The notes: generated by a model from the letters alone, not told the origin. Positions 1 through 12,355 are shown, numbered from the stretch's first letter. The stretch is DNA of 64,000 nt from Gonapodya sp. JEL0774 (GCA_027604505.1 JADIIX010000017.1:124001-188000); one strand, 5' to 3'. Made by a program: numbers and translations.

Positions 1-275
1 CCAGCCGCAACTTGACTCCTCCATTTTGTATCTGCGACCGGACTCGCTGTCGTCCCAGGGAGACTCACGTGCGTTGGTGGATGCGGTGATTGGCGGTGTC
101 AGGTTTTTGTGTGGGGTGCCGCTGCCAATAACATCAATAATATGCAAGCAACTCCCGGCTACTATATATATCAGAGCATAACAATTCAGACGTCCGCTGT
201 GTATCAACTGTATACAACTCAATATATCTCTATGAGACGGTCCTAAAATGTAAACCCGACAAAAGTACATGACAT

Positions 276-2357
276 CTACGACGAGGAAGACTGCCCATTC
301 TGTCGAATTGCCCCAGGCGATATTCTCTCCTCCATTGCACCCATTCGTTGCGAAAGGTCCTCAGGTGCACCGGGGGCGGGGGCAGTTGGAGCCTCTGGCG
401 CTGTTTGCGCCTCCATCTCCTTGGCGGCTTCTTTCCGTGCAAAGTAGAATCCGCACGGAAGCAACACCGAAAAACAGCATAGTAAGATCCCCATAACAAT
501 GAACACCGGAATGAGAATCACAGCCATGGAAACATCGGCGCCGTCCAGCCGGCGAACCAAGTTTGCCACGAGTGCGTAAAACAGCGTCGCCCCAATGGCG
601 AACATGATCAGCGAGCCCACCAACGGACCCATACTGCGTTGTCCATCGGGTCCAGTTGACGGCCAGTTCTCCACCAACTGCTCGATGAGCTCCATCCCAC
701 CGAGAGCGTAGATTGGAATGAACACTTGAGCCCACGAAACCGACGAATCCAGCTGCCCGTCAATCTTGAGGACCAAGAGGATCGCAAACACCACGCGCGG
801 GAGCTGCCGGTGGAAGACCGAGTAGACCACAAAGAACCGCTCCCAGCCCTTGAGCGGGCGCATATGTGTGCGCGGGCCCTGTTCTGGGTCCGCATCTTCG
901 GGGTTCTCGGGCTCAAGGACACCAAATTTCCAGGCGGAGTAGATGGTGAAGAGGTTGCCTGTTTGGGTGGGCACAGTGAACACGGCACCCATCAGACTCT
1001 GCACACTGAGATTGGACAAACTTCTTCCGCCCTCGAGATCTCCTGTGGAAAAAGCACTCACCGAATGCCCACAATACCTCTACAATCCACCAAGGAACGA
1101 AGACCAACCCCCAATTCCACGTAATCGTCCCACTCAATCGCACCACCACCAAAATCTGCGTCGCCAAAACACACAGAAACTGCAACATGTTCAAGTGTTT
1201 TGCTCTCCTCGCCGCTCGCTGCCGGGCTTGGTCCCGGTCGCGTTGAGACATGCCGGCGTGGTTGGGGTCATCTGAGTCGTCCACGTGGTCGCCTTTTGTG
1301 GGGGCGCCGGCGATGAGGAGGAAGGCGAGAACATCAAATATCCACAAGGGGATGGCGATCTGGAAGCGTTTGGGGAAGGGACGTGAGTGCGTGTGTGACA
1401 GAGGAGTCGGGTGTAAGATTACCAATGTGAAATAGCAGTAGGGAATGTCACCAAGAACGTGTCAAACACAGAAACTCACAACAGCCCAACTCCATGCTAT
1501 TGTACCGTCAATTTGCAGGGCGAGGAAGATGGGGAACAAAAGCACTGTGACGATGAAGAAAGTCGCCACCATCACGATGACATTGATCATGCCGACGAGT
1601 TCCGGACTCAAAAATTCGGCTCTATGAGAATGGGAAAGAAGCGTGTTACGCAGGAGACGGTGAAAATGAAGCTCCATCTGATGGAATTGATGCAAGGGTG
1701 GAGGCAACTCACAGTGGACCGGCATTCGAAACCACCGTAAGTCCTCGTTCACCATATTGGTCATAAATAGCTCGCTTATTTGAGTCACCTGTGGTACAGG
1801 TAGGTGAGTATCACATCATCTTTCACTTGCACATCCACACATCCCACGCACTTAAAGTCTCATAAGCAAGCTTTATCCGCTGAAAGAGTTCCGTGGCCTC
1901 TGGACTGTCCCCTGTATAAAGACGTTGTGTGTTTGGTTGAAGTTGATGCCACTTGGTTTGCGTCCGTCGGGCGACCTGCTCACCGTGCTTGTCCGGGTCT
2001 GAAACAACAGATTCTCAGCGATGATACAAGTTATCAACGCATAAAATGGGAAAAACTCACGATATTTGAGGGCCATTTTCCGATACCCTTTCTTCAGCTC
2101 TTCCTGTGAAGATTCGACCCGTACCAGTCCATCATTTTCCAGAGCAAAGCAAGAAAAAAATCAGCTCTACGAGTCACATATGTCGTCCATCGGTGTGTAA
2201 CGGCGCAACCTAGGAAGGGAGGGTAGCCCTGGCTGCAGGCTGTGACAGCACTTACGTCTGTGGCTGTCTTCTGGACCCCGAGGACATGGTAGAAGTCGGC
2301 AGTGAGCAGTTCTCTAGGCAGTCCACTGTTGTTGAGGCGTTCACTACTTTCGCCCAT
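276..2357 (-). CDS. J-domain (DnaJ) protein with multi-pass TMEM185/TMEM60-like membrane region; multi-exon
   Basis: Spliced J domain: DFYHVLGVQKTATD | EELKKGYRKMALKYH | PDK (HPD split by an intron at ~1990-2060). Followed by repeated TM units such as DGTIAWSWAVV, IAIPLWIFD, ITWNWGLVFVPWW, SWAQVFIPIY. Confidence 0.8.
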
Positions 2358-2490
2358 TGCCGAATTTGTTGGGTGTTTTTTTGAACTGGAATCGTGGACG
2401 AAAGAATCAGATGGGAGCAGCTGAGGGACAAAGTGCCCTCCGCGGCCTCCTCAATCCGACACTCCACCGCTGCTTTTCTCCAACCTCGCC

Positions 2491-3991
2491 ATGCCAGAAC
2501 TGCCCGAGGTAGAGAAGGATTAGCAGCGTGCCAAATTTTGCCGTTTAATCATCTTTTATGAGTTCCCCATTCCCCTCTTCATTTGATTCCACGCCAAGAT
2601 CGAGCGAATGCGAAGAATCCTACACGAACACTGTGTTGGAAAGAAGATCACCTCCGTCACGACTGTGGAAGACACAATCGTGTTTGAGAAGCAGGATCCT
2701 CCTGATTTCAAAGCTGAAATGCTTGGAAAGACTGTTATTGCCGCTGGCAGAAAGGGGAAGGTGTTCTGGGTAAGTTCGAACACTCTCCACGCCTAGTACG
2801 TATCAGGTAACATTGGTATCATCCCTGCAGCTCGAAATGGACAAACCAAAACACCCTGTAATGCATTGTGGCATGACGGGCACCATTGCCATCAAGGGTT
2901 TGGTACCATTTACATACAAGGACTTCAACAAGGATGCAAAGAAGGAGGAATGGCCACCGAAATTCTGGAAGTTTATTTTCACCATGGATGATGATACCAC
3001 GGTGGCGTTCACCGACGTACGACGGCTTGGCCGTGTCCGACTTGTGGACGACATTCTGCACGAGAAACCTGTCTCGGAACTTGGATTCGACCCATATCTC
3101 GACATGCCTTCCCTTGAAGAATTTATCACCATGTGTCGCAAGCGAAAAGTCGCAATCAAGGCGCTCCTTCTGGATCAATCTTTCGCTGCCGGAATCGGCA
3201 ACTACGTGGCTGATGAGTGCCTGTTCCATGCCAAGATCCATCCCGGAACGTGAGATCATTTTGTGTGCAGGGGCGGGAGAGCCATCACTCAGAGCTGATT
3301 TTTATTTTGTTGCATGGTCCCGTTTCCGGTTTACCAGCTACACAAATGCTCTGACGAAGGCTGACTATGCCACGCTCCACGCATCCATCCGCCATATCGT
3401 GAATTTTGCATGCTCAGTGAACGCAGATTCTGAAAAGTTCCCGCGAGACTGGCTGTTTCACTACCGGTGAGCCATAGAACCCGTTCGCTCCTTGAGGTAA
3501 TCCACTTCGACGACGAAGATCCCTCCCTTCTCCCCCTCTGTTTTCCGTTCAGTTGGACCAACAAAAAGGCTTCTCAAGTCAATGGTATGCGGATAGAGTT
3601 CGTCACCGTTGGAGGTCGTACATCAGCAACCGTGCCGGAAATACAAAAACTGCGAAAGACAGCAGTCATGTGGGACGATAATGGTGAGGAGGTCATTGAG
3701 AAAGAGGAGAGGGGGGAGTCAGGAGGCATGGAACAAGAGTCAGAGTCGGTTGCAACAGCCAAAAAGAGGAAGCGAGGGAACTCTACAGCAAAGAAAGGCG
3801 TAGCAACAGAGCCAGAACTCGTAGAGAACCCCGAACACACTGTCGAGAGTACAACTACCAAGATTCAGCGCAGTAGCACGACGAAATCTGCCAAAAGGGA
3901 CGAACAAGGAACGAAACTTCTCACTCAGCGCAAACCATCTTCGAGGAAAAAGAAGAGCGCCACAGAAATCAGAACTGGAAAGTCGGGGTAA
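2491..3991 (+). CDS. FPG: Formamidopyrimidine-DNA glycosylase (Fpg/MutM), plant/fungal zincless-finger type; multi-exon
   Basis: N-terminal MPELPE at 2491; RKGKVFW; MHCGMTG; FTDVRRLGRV; H2TH motif KALLLDQSFAAGIGNYVADECLF; WLFHYRW; zincless IEFVTVGGRTSATVPEIQK; basic C-terminal tail. Confidence 0.95.
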
Positions 3992-4121
3992 GAATAACCA
4001 TGCTGCGTAAATATGTGTATTGTACTATTTCAAATCTCACTTTGCTACTGTAATATCTTGCAAAACTGCAAAATTGTGGAAACTGCCGATGACCACAAAA
4101 CAAAATGCAGAATACCCTTTC

Positions 4122-5723
4122 CTAGGCTCTATCTGCACTCACTGCCGCCGCACCACCATATCCTCTCGGCGTTGTGGGTGTCATGGGCACGTCCAGCTGA
4201 CTAGGTGATCTCGATCTCGGAGGTGGGTAGCGAGACGCCGAAGCAGAGCTCGTCGTCGAAGACCGCGTCCTCCCCCTGGAACGTCCACTATCCAAGAGAC
4301 CTCCATACCCACGATTCGAAGTCAGCGTGGAGGCAGAGGTGAGGCTCATGGGAGACGAAATTGTGCTTTGTCTCCGTCCGTGGTTGCCCAGTGCCAACCT
4401 AGGACTCAGCAGAGCGCTGCTCCTCCTCTTGATTGTGCTTTCACTTCCCGGAGATCGGAGTTGAGATGTTAGTTCACTGCCGCGTCGCAGCGCCTCGGAA
4501 TGGACTGGGAATCCGTCTTCGAGTTCATCATCGATGTTGTCGCCGTGGCCGTCTTGACCTCGAGTGAGGAGCGGCGTGACCATTTCCTCTTCCTGTCGGT
4601 AGAATTCTTCAATTTGTTGGTCGTTCCAGTGACGATCTCGAAAGTCTGACTCGGTGAGGTGCATTCTTTCGGCGATTCCCTGTTTTGATGGTCACCCGAG
4701 TGAAGGACTTGAGAAAGAAGGAATGCGAGGGGAGGATGAGATATAATGCTCACTTGCAGATCAGCGCCACAATCCGCTCCCCCAAAAAATTGGTGTGCGT
4801 ATGTGGAGTCTTCGATACTTCTACTCGGACCAAACAATAAAGGGTTCCAGGAAGAGGGCCACCAACGGACGCGAAATCGACCGTCTTACCTCGCATGATA
4901 TTGAAGCTCACTAAGGAAGAACTCCCTCAATAAATCCTGTATCGTGTCGAGACCGGTTGTCAAACACCTGACACGACGTAACTGTTTAAACACCCAGCGC
5001 TATCTACCTGAAGGTCGGTAATCTTGTGTGCGTCAAAGTCAACAACGCTCCTGGTGAGCGAGAGTGTCGATTGAACCGTTTCGTGACTTGCACCGACAAG
5101 TTCTCCTTCTGACTTCGCCTGAGCTCGGAGGGTAAGGCATATTCGAGCGATCCAGTTATATTGTGGGAAGGTCCGCAACCCACAAGTTTGGCCGGATTTC
5201 CAAAATCTTGTCTTTTAGAACGATCGTATAGTTTCCGTTTATTCGTTTCCTTTTCCATCGCGCGATCCCGGTTTCTCACTTGCTCCTAAAAATACACCAG
5301 GTTGAGCACGGAGAGAGGCTGTGGCAGAGCACGTTCTCGCGCACCCGTAAGCTCTTGCATTTCGTTTTGTATGTTTCGAGTGGCTGTATGACTTTAGCTG
5401 CGAGTCGGTCGTGGAATTCGGTCATGGGTTTTTCACGGTGTTCAAAGATTTTGGCTGTATCAGAGAGAAGGTTACGCAAGAGCGGAGTTTCATCATTTGC
5501 GAAGGATTGCAGCGCCTTGGAGATCTTGAGAGACTTTTCGCGAAGCCCTGTTGTTGTAGTGGAACCAGTTCGTTCGTTGGCATGGGAACCATCAGAGATG
5601 GTGACGGGGTAAAGCCGAGTCAAGATGCTTACTCTCAACGTTGCGAAGGTATCCAGCCATCAGGTCGCGGAGTTCAGTCATGTTCTTGTCTTCATTCCGA
5701 GTGATCATAATTGAAGTGGACAT
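4122..5723 (-). CDS. FAM92/CIBAR-like BAR-domain ciliary protein; multi-exon
   Basis: Exons LREKSLKISKALQSFANDETPLLRNLL..DRLAAKVIQPLETY, RDRAMEKE, AKSEGELVGAS..SVVDFDAHKITDL and ELQYHAR follow the order of FAM92 BAR motifs as recalled (LRDK..AYAATETP..RLEAKVVEPL..FE.QK..D..E..FH.KALE). Ser/Arg-rich tail. Confidence 0.7.
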
Positions 5724-6093
5724 AAACGCGATACATTCATTGCAGGATCAACGACCACGACACGAATTCTCATACCAGTGTCGTCGACAAGTTTCTTTGC
5801 GTAGCGGGACTTTTCATCGCTGGACTCCGTCGTTTCGTGATTGGTGCATAAAGGCAGAGGAGCACATTGGAGCACATTGAGTTCGCATCGCTGCCCCGTG
5901 ATTCGGAAAGATCGCGCAAGACTCACGCGTTTGCACTCATTATTTCAGGTTAATCGTTGGAAAGGATCCAGATACTGTGTGATAGCCGTTTCTCCTGCCG
6001 GCTGTGCTCAAAGTAGCGACTGTTTCGAATTGGTTGACGGGCGACCTCCGGAAGAAAGTTCTGCCGCACAAGAAATTTTCATTTCGGTTGTCC

Positions 6094-6694
6094 ATGGAGA
6101 CCCATGAGCGCACAGTTCGAGCTGAGGAAAATCTAAGCTCCTTGAATCTCACGAATGCGGATAATGAATTTCTATTATCTCAGGGTGGGAGGATCAGGAC
6201 ATACGTTGCCAAGGCGATGGAGCAGCTGCAAGTGAGTCATGCTCATAGATTCTCTTGCTTTCGGATTTAAGTCAAACAGTTCTCTAACCATTCGATATCT
6301 GTCTTACCTCAATTCTGCATGTTTGCTTCCTTCCGGCCCTCGCCCACTTTCTTGCACCTGCCTTCAGTCTGACACCTACAATTCAGTCAGAATCATCGGC
6401 AAGGGGCCAACTCTCAATAAAGCCGTGTCTGTGGTGGAAATCATCAAGCGCAAATTGATCCCAAACATGAGACTTCGACAGGAGACGGAGATTGCTGGTG
6501 TTGTGGTCAAAGAACTTCGGGATCATAACGACGGGAGGCCTGCAAACGACAAGTAAGTTTTGAAGCTCAGAGATACGTGGAAATAATACTAAGCTCTGGA
6601 ACTGTTGGCATTCGCGAAATGCAGAATTGTCTTGGAACGAACAATCCCTGCAATTATGATAACATTGACACGAGAAACCTTGGGAAATGCATAA
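6094..6694 (+). CDS. Alba-domain protein, Rpp25-like (RNase P/MRP subunit family)
   Basis: GGRIRTYVAKAMEQL | SVRIIGKGPTLNKAVSVVEIIKRK..LRQETEI | RTIPAIMITLT, the typical Alba/Rpp25 motif series; two GT-AG introns. Confidence 0.8.
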
Positions 6695-6975
6695 CATCAT
6701 GAAACAAACCCCGCTTGTATTTGGGGTAGCACATTGTCCAGGAGATGCCGGCCAAGGACGACCGTCAGAGACGTGATACACCATTGTGAATATAGAAGAC
6801 CACACTTTCAAAGTGTTCATGTACACGTTCCACTTTTTTCTTGTATCTTCTCGTTGTAGAATAATATGTAATAACTAAAAAATGCCGTCTCGCGTAGTGC
6901 TAGTAAACTCAAGAATTGCGAAGATTGGGGTGAGACAAGACGCCCCACGAACAACCAATTTTATAACCCAATTCG

Positions 6976-9681
6976 ATGCATCCCGCCCCCCAATTCCCGG
7001 GATCGCATGTGCCTTTACTATCTCGGAACGTCTCCTCTGCCCCCGCATGGCTCTTTCATGGGGACTCTCGTTGCGCGGCTCCAACATCTGTGGACCGATT
7101 CCGCTCCTCCCACACTTTCCAGCAACGCACGTCGGAATCCAACACCGTCCTCGGACGTTACCTTGCGTATTCTGGTTTTCAATCTGGTGGCACATCCGAA
7201 TCGGTGGGGCATCGGACCTCAAAACCGTACAGGACTTTTCGGAACCCGCTTGCGATGCTCGACCAAGAGAACGTACCGCAAGCGCCCCCATCTCCTTCAG
7301 TGCCTTCCTCACCAAAAACGCTATACGAGATGAGTAATGAGCCTAGGCGTCGTCCTTTATGGCCGGCGGCTCAAGTGAGCGTTGGTCAGGTCCTCCCTCC
7401 GCCGGCCAAGCGTCAGAAACTTGACAATCCAAAGAGTGTTCAGGATGCTCCACTCGATGAAGGTGTAAAACGGGAAATAGAGAGGAAAAGAACCGAGGCG
7501 ATTGAGAGAAGGAAGGAGTCCAAGAAGAGAATCGATGCAGCAAAAATGATTCTGCAGAGGAGTCAGGCTACTGTCGTGTCTGCTGGGGTTCACATCACAC
7601 GACCTGATGGAACAGCGCCTAATGTACCAACTGCGTCAGCAACTGCAAGCGGGGTGCTGTTGGTCCCGAATGCCATCCACGAACGACATCCCATTGCACT
7701 TCAGTTCGCTCACGCCGTGATTGATCCTCTTCAACAAGAAAGCATGGCCATTTCTGGGCCCCGCGCTGCCGTTGGTGTCATGTCTGTAAACAGTTCGGTC
7801 GAAACACGTCCTTCTGAAATGGCACCACTTTCAACTCCTTGCACAAACTTACCACTCGAAACGAATATCAAAGGCGACGTTAACTCAACAGTTGATGGCA
7901 AACCATGCCAGATCCTTGATGACGCCCTCGAACCTCCTCGAGAGAACAATACTTCCTCCTTGTCGCTTCCCATCGACGATCACACCAACCACCAGCCTCT
8001 CCAGAGTTTACTTCCCCTCATCCTCAAACCCATGGGCTCTCACTCAACTCCACCTCACAATGCGTGTTATGAACCGAAAGCACGAAGAATGTCCATTGTG
8101 TCCTCCACCGCGCTTTCTAAACCCCGACGAACACCATTGGGAATGGCGGCGCGAAGGATCCCCCAAATAGGACCAGCCAGGATCGAGACAAACGCGCAAG
8201 TTGTGGCATCTGCGCTGAGAAATACCGCGCCGATAGTCTCTCCGCAGACGCCAGCGACGGTGAACGGCACTGTTATCCGTGCTGCCTCTGTTAAAAGGAA
8301 GGAACAGATGTACGCAAAACTCGGTGAGAGCGCCCGTGATAGTTCGTGCTTGACGTATCGTTTGTAGTTTTGCAACTACTTTGTGCAATTCACTTAAGTT
8401 GTTCTGGACTTTGAGTCAACCTGCTGGCCTAAAGAGGACACGAACGGAATCATGCTTCAGGAACGTGAGGAAGATAAGCGAAAATTGGTGCAAGAAATCA
8501 GTGAGTACCATGTCATTGGTCATCTTTCCTTGTGCAACGTGTAATGAAGCGATGGTTCTGCATCATCAAAAGTTGAATTTTCCTGCACCGTCTTGGACCT
8601 GTCTAACGGCTCGTGTCCAAAAACCTTCTCGCGCCACGTTCGACCTACTTTCAACCCAATCCTCTCTGATTTCTGTCGGGACCTCACAGGCATCACCCAG
8701 GCGCAAGTGAACGCCGCTGCTCCGCTGGAGGATTGTTTGGTCGCTTTTCATGCGTGGCTGAAAGAAAACGGGTTAGAGAACGGGCGAATGGTGGGAGGAA
8801 AGAAGAGGAGCTGGGTGTTTGCAACATGGAGTGATTGGGATCTCAACACTCTCTTGTCTGGCGTGGGTTCTCTTACGTTAGGCCTTGCTAACCGCGTCTG
8901 TTTAAAGGTCTGGTGGTTTTGATATTAGGAGGCACGCTGGCGAAAAATTAAGCTCGCTGACTATTTTTCGGTGTGGATTGGTAAGTTTAGAAGAAATCTG
9001 TCTTGCCCTCCAGATTGTTCAGTGTGGGTCTCTATTTCAGATGTCAAAGCGACGTTTCGGGCCTTCTACAACCAGACCCCTTCTGGTGTTAAGGGGTCCC
9101 TCGAGTTTCTCGGCATGTCATTTGAGGGTGTTGAGCACAAGGGTATCGATGATGCGATGTAAGGCTTTGTATGTCACGTTGGCTGTCTTCAGATCTCCAA
9201 CGTAATTCTTGCTTCTATCTGAAAGAAACACAGCAAGACTTATCTGGCGTGCAGTTGAAGACGGTTGTGATCTCGTAGGTTAATTGCAGTGGGGGTTCAA
9301 TGTTAAATCCATTCAGTAACTATCCGGAAACTTCTCGCAGACCCTTTCCAAGACATGCAACCCCTCCGGACCAACCAACTCCACGGGCGAATCTGGCGCA
9401 TGTGTGCTGTCCAAATCCGCAACGGCGCACATTCCCCGTTCCATACTCACGGACCCGCGTTCGGTGGCACTCACGGCACCCTTGTGTCGTTGCGGGAAGA
9501 GAGCGAAGATGAAGGTGTCTAAGAAACCTGGACCGACCCTGGGGCGCAGGTGAGTTGAGGAGTGGGAGCACCATGAATTCTTTGCAGAATGAAGTTGACA
9601 CTTTTTTGTTGGTGGCGTGGCAGCTTCTACGTTTGCAACGGTAGTGGAGCAGGCTGTACGTTCTTCCAATGGCAAAGTTGA
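6976..9681 (+). CDS. ERI2: ERI1-family DEDDh 3'-5' exoribonuclease with C-terminal GRF zinc finger (ERI2-like); multi-exon
   Basis: VVLDFESTCW; HVRPTFNPILSDFCRDLTGITQAQV; FATWSDWDL; LGMSFEGVEHKGIDDA; spliced GRF finger PLCRCGKRAKMKVSKKPGPTLGR | FYVCNGSGAGCTFFQW. Long disordered N-terminus; start codon uncertain. Confidence 0.85.
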
Positions 9682-10148
9682 TATGCGCTCGTATGTCGTT
9701 GCACCCATGAATGTGAAACGATATTAACGTCTTGAAATTTTTCCTATGCATCTATCGGAAACATGAGAATACAATAATAATAAGTGCCGCATGGCTGCAC
9801 ATCTGTGTTCATTGGTTCATTGGGACGTGCACTTCCCTTCTGAGGGCACTTGGGAACCTCCGACCCATCAACATCGCCCCATCGCATTGACTTCAAATCT
9901 TTTCGTGAGTGATCGCGTTGCATCACGACGATGAGCGTCTCAATCATAACAGTCTATTACCATTCAACCAGTTGCTCTATCCTCTATCAGTGCCTTTCTC
10001 AATCAATCACGAGCTTTGTAACATCAGCAGTGAGTTTGGCGATTGTCTAAGTTAAATTGAGCGCGCCAGAGAGCAGGAAGATGGATGCACGAAATTGAAT
10101 CCACACATCCCGATTGTGTTCTTGCCACCAGCTTCCCTCTCCACTGTC

Positions 10149-11807
10149 ATGATCACCATCAACGACTACCACTATGTTGACGCTGCTCTTTTCAACGACT
10201 ACGTCTGTGATGGCGCTGCTTTTTTCAACGAGTACCTCTATGTTGGCGTAGCTCTTTTCAACGACTACCTCTATGTCGGAGCTGCTCTCTTCTGCATGTC
10301 TCTTGTCCTCTTCATACCCTGCACTTTGCTGGCCATCACTCTGAATTCCGAGTCGGAATCACGGACGGAGGTCGAGGAATCCCAGCCAAATCTCAACGAA
10401 ACGGTGATAAAAGCAGAAGCCAAGGATCCTGAAAGGCAGCATGCACGCGTCGAGTACGAACCTCATTCCCAAGAATTTTTGGAGGAGATGATGTTCGCTG
10501 CGAAATTGCACTCTGCCAGGCGGGCTACGATGGTGACTGAACATGAATTCGAGCAGGAAAGCTTGGCGACGGTACCGACAGATGTCACGCTGCTTGACCC
10601 TGGTTTTCTCGTCGACGAACCGCTGTGTGATGATTCAGAGCTTACGTTGGACGAATTCACACCTCCTCCAGTATTTCATTCGGGCACCAATGAGTTAACC
10701 GATGATGTCGATGCAGCACCAGTTGAAGTGACCTGCATTCCTCAGAACCAGTTGGAGCTTCCGGTGGACAACATCCCATCTCCTCCAATATTTCACACCA
10801 GCATTGAGGAGCGGGCCGATGATGTCGATGTAGCGCGAGTTGAAGTGTCCTGCATTCCTCAGAACCAGATGGAGCTTCGAAAGAACAACATCCCATCCCT
10901 TCCAATATTTCATAGCAGCGAGGAGTTAGCCGATGATTTCGTTACAACGCCTGTCGAGTTGTTCTCCGTTTCTGAAAATGACTCGGAGCTTCCGTTGGAC
11001 GACATCGGGTCTCTTCAAATATGTTGTACCACTAGTGAGGAGTTGGCCGATGATGTTGCGACAACACCCGTCGAAGTGTCCTTGATTCCTCGGTGCGACC
11101 TAGTGCTTCGGTTGGACGACGTCGCGTCTCTGCCAATATATTATTCCGGCAGCGAGGAGCTCGCCCATGATGTTGCTTCAATTCGTGTCGGAGTGCCCTC
11201 CCTTCCTCGGAACGATTCAGAGCTACCGTTTGACCACACCACATCTCCTCCAATATGTTATACCAGCAGCGAAGAGCTGGTCGATGATGTTGCTGCAATT
11301 CCTGTCGGAGTGCCCTCCCTTTCTCCGAACGATTCAGAGCTTCCGTTGTACCACACCACATCTCTTCCAATATGTTATACCAGCGGCGAAGAGTTGGCCG
11401 CCGATGATTTTGCTACAACACCTGTCAAAGTGCCCTTTATCCCCCGGAAGGACTCGGGAGTTGCATCCTTGGGTACGAGCTCACGTAGTATGGTTTCCGC
11501 GCCTGCGGTTACTCACCACAGCATCAGTGCGAAAGATGAGCGGCCTTCCCAAATCAAAAACGAAGCAAAAAATGAAACAGAGCAAGTTGCTCTGCCTACA
11601 ATCACCATCACGACTGTCAGTCTGTTAGATCTAGTCTCAGATACTCTCGCAGAGATGATGCGGCAGCCAAAAACATGTGATACGTGGAGCATTCTCGATA
11701 CAGGCAGACTGCCCATTGAGTGCGTTTTGGTTGGATCTGTGGCGCTTTCGGTAGGAGTAGGGTTGGGGCGATTGGCGGATGCAGGGCGGAAGCTGTTGAA
11801 AGTTTGA
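10149..11807 (+). CDS. Intronless orphan acidic tandem-repeat protein with N- and C-terminal hydrophobic segments
   Basis: Uninterrupted ~552-codon ORF from ATG 10149. 4x 11-aa repeat, then a TM-like segment (LFCMSLVLFIPCTLLAITL), 7x ~39-aa acidic repeat, and a C-terminal hydrophobic VLVGSVALSVGVGLG followed by a basic tail. Confidence 0.7.
   Translation: MITINDYHYVDAALFNDYVCDGAAFFNEYLYVGVALFNDYLYVGAALFCMSLVLFIPCTLLAITLNSESESRTEVEESQPNLNETVIKAEAKDPERQHARVEYEPHSQEFLEEMMFAAKLHSARRATMVTEHEFEQESLATVPTDVTLLDPGFLVDEPLCDDSELTLDEFTPPPVFHSGTNELTDDVDAAPVEVTCIPQNQLELPVDNIPSPPIFHTSIEERADDVDVARVEVSCIPQNQMELRKNNIPSLPIFHSSEELADDFVTTPVELFSVSENDSELPLDDIGSLQICCTTSEELADDVATTPVEVSLIPRCDLVLRLDDVASLPIYYSGSEELAHDVASIRVGVPSLPRNDSELPFDHTTSPPICYTSSEELVDDVAAIPVGVPSLSPNDSELPLYHTTSLPICYTSGEELAADDFATTPVKVPFIPRKDSGVASLGTSSRSMVSAPAVTHHSISAKDERPSQIKNEAKNETEQVALPTITITTVSLLDLVSDTLAEMMRQPKTCDTWSILDTGRLPIECVLVGSVALSVGVGLGRLADAGRKLLKV
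10161..10292 (+). repeat. 33-bp coding tandem repeat x4
   Basis: Units begin (c)aacgac/gtac and encode NDYHYVDAALF / NDYVCDGAAFF / NEYLYVGVALF / NDYLYVGAALF. Confidence 0.9.
10629..11460 (+). repeat. ~117-bp coding tandem repeat x7
   Basis: Recurring NDSELPLD..SPPI.YTSSEELADDVA..PVEV..IP units of 38-40 aa; length changes are in-frame. Confidence 0.9.
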
Positions 11808-12355
11808 AACCGCCCATGCGGAGCGACTGCCGCAACCACTACTTTTTGTCCCTGTTCCTGTTGACAACATTTATGTTTACTCCGATAATTTACTCTTAGA
11901 ATAGTTCTTCCACAATAGTGTGAACGCACAGTGCGAACTTTGCTGTGATGGTTCACCGCATCAACCACATCCATCCAGGACTAGTTGTTGGGAATGTATA
12001 TACTCATGTTTGAGCTGGATCCACACCATTCTTGTAATTGGTCGCATCACCGTGGACAAATATATCACTTTCAATCATGGCCACAAGATTCAACCGATGT
12101 ACCCTTAGTATTGTCCATATATTGTGGCCGGAAGCTGGTGAGCAAAAGGCAAGAACACTACTGGTGATTTGCCTTCCAAAGATTCGATTAAAATTTTACC
12201 CGTGGGTTGTGCAAGCGAACACCATGTTCTTGATGACGATTACAGGCAAAGATTTTGTGTTGCTGAGTTTGGTTCACCTGAATTCCCCCAGGCAAAGGCA
12301 AACCCACCAAAAAGCCTTTGAATCAACCAACTCTATCAAACGTCGAAACTCCGCG

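Noticed and set aside
2491..9681. Fpg, Alba/Rpp25 and ERI2 close together as a nucleic-acid processing cluster
   Set aside because: Unrelated housekeeping pathways interleaved with a ciliary gene; chance adjacency in a compact genome is sufficient.
10161..11460. Regularly spaced repeats as a possible CRISPR array
   Set aside because: Units are contiguous, degenerate and in-frame within an ORF, with no unique spacers or cas genes; the context is eukaryotic.
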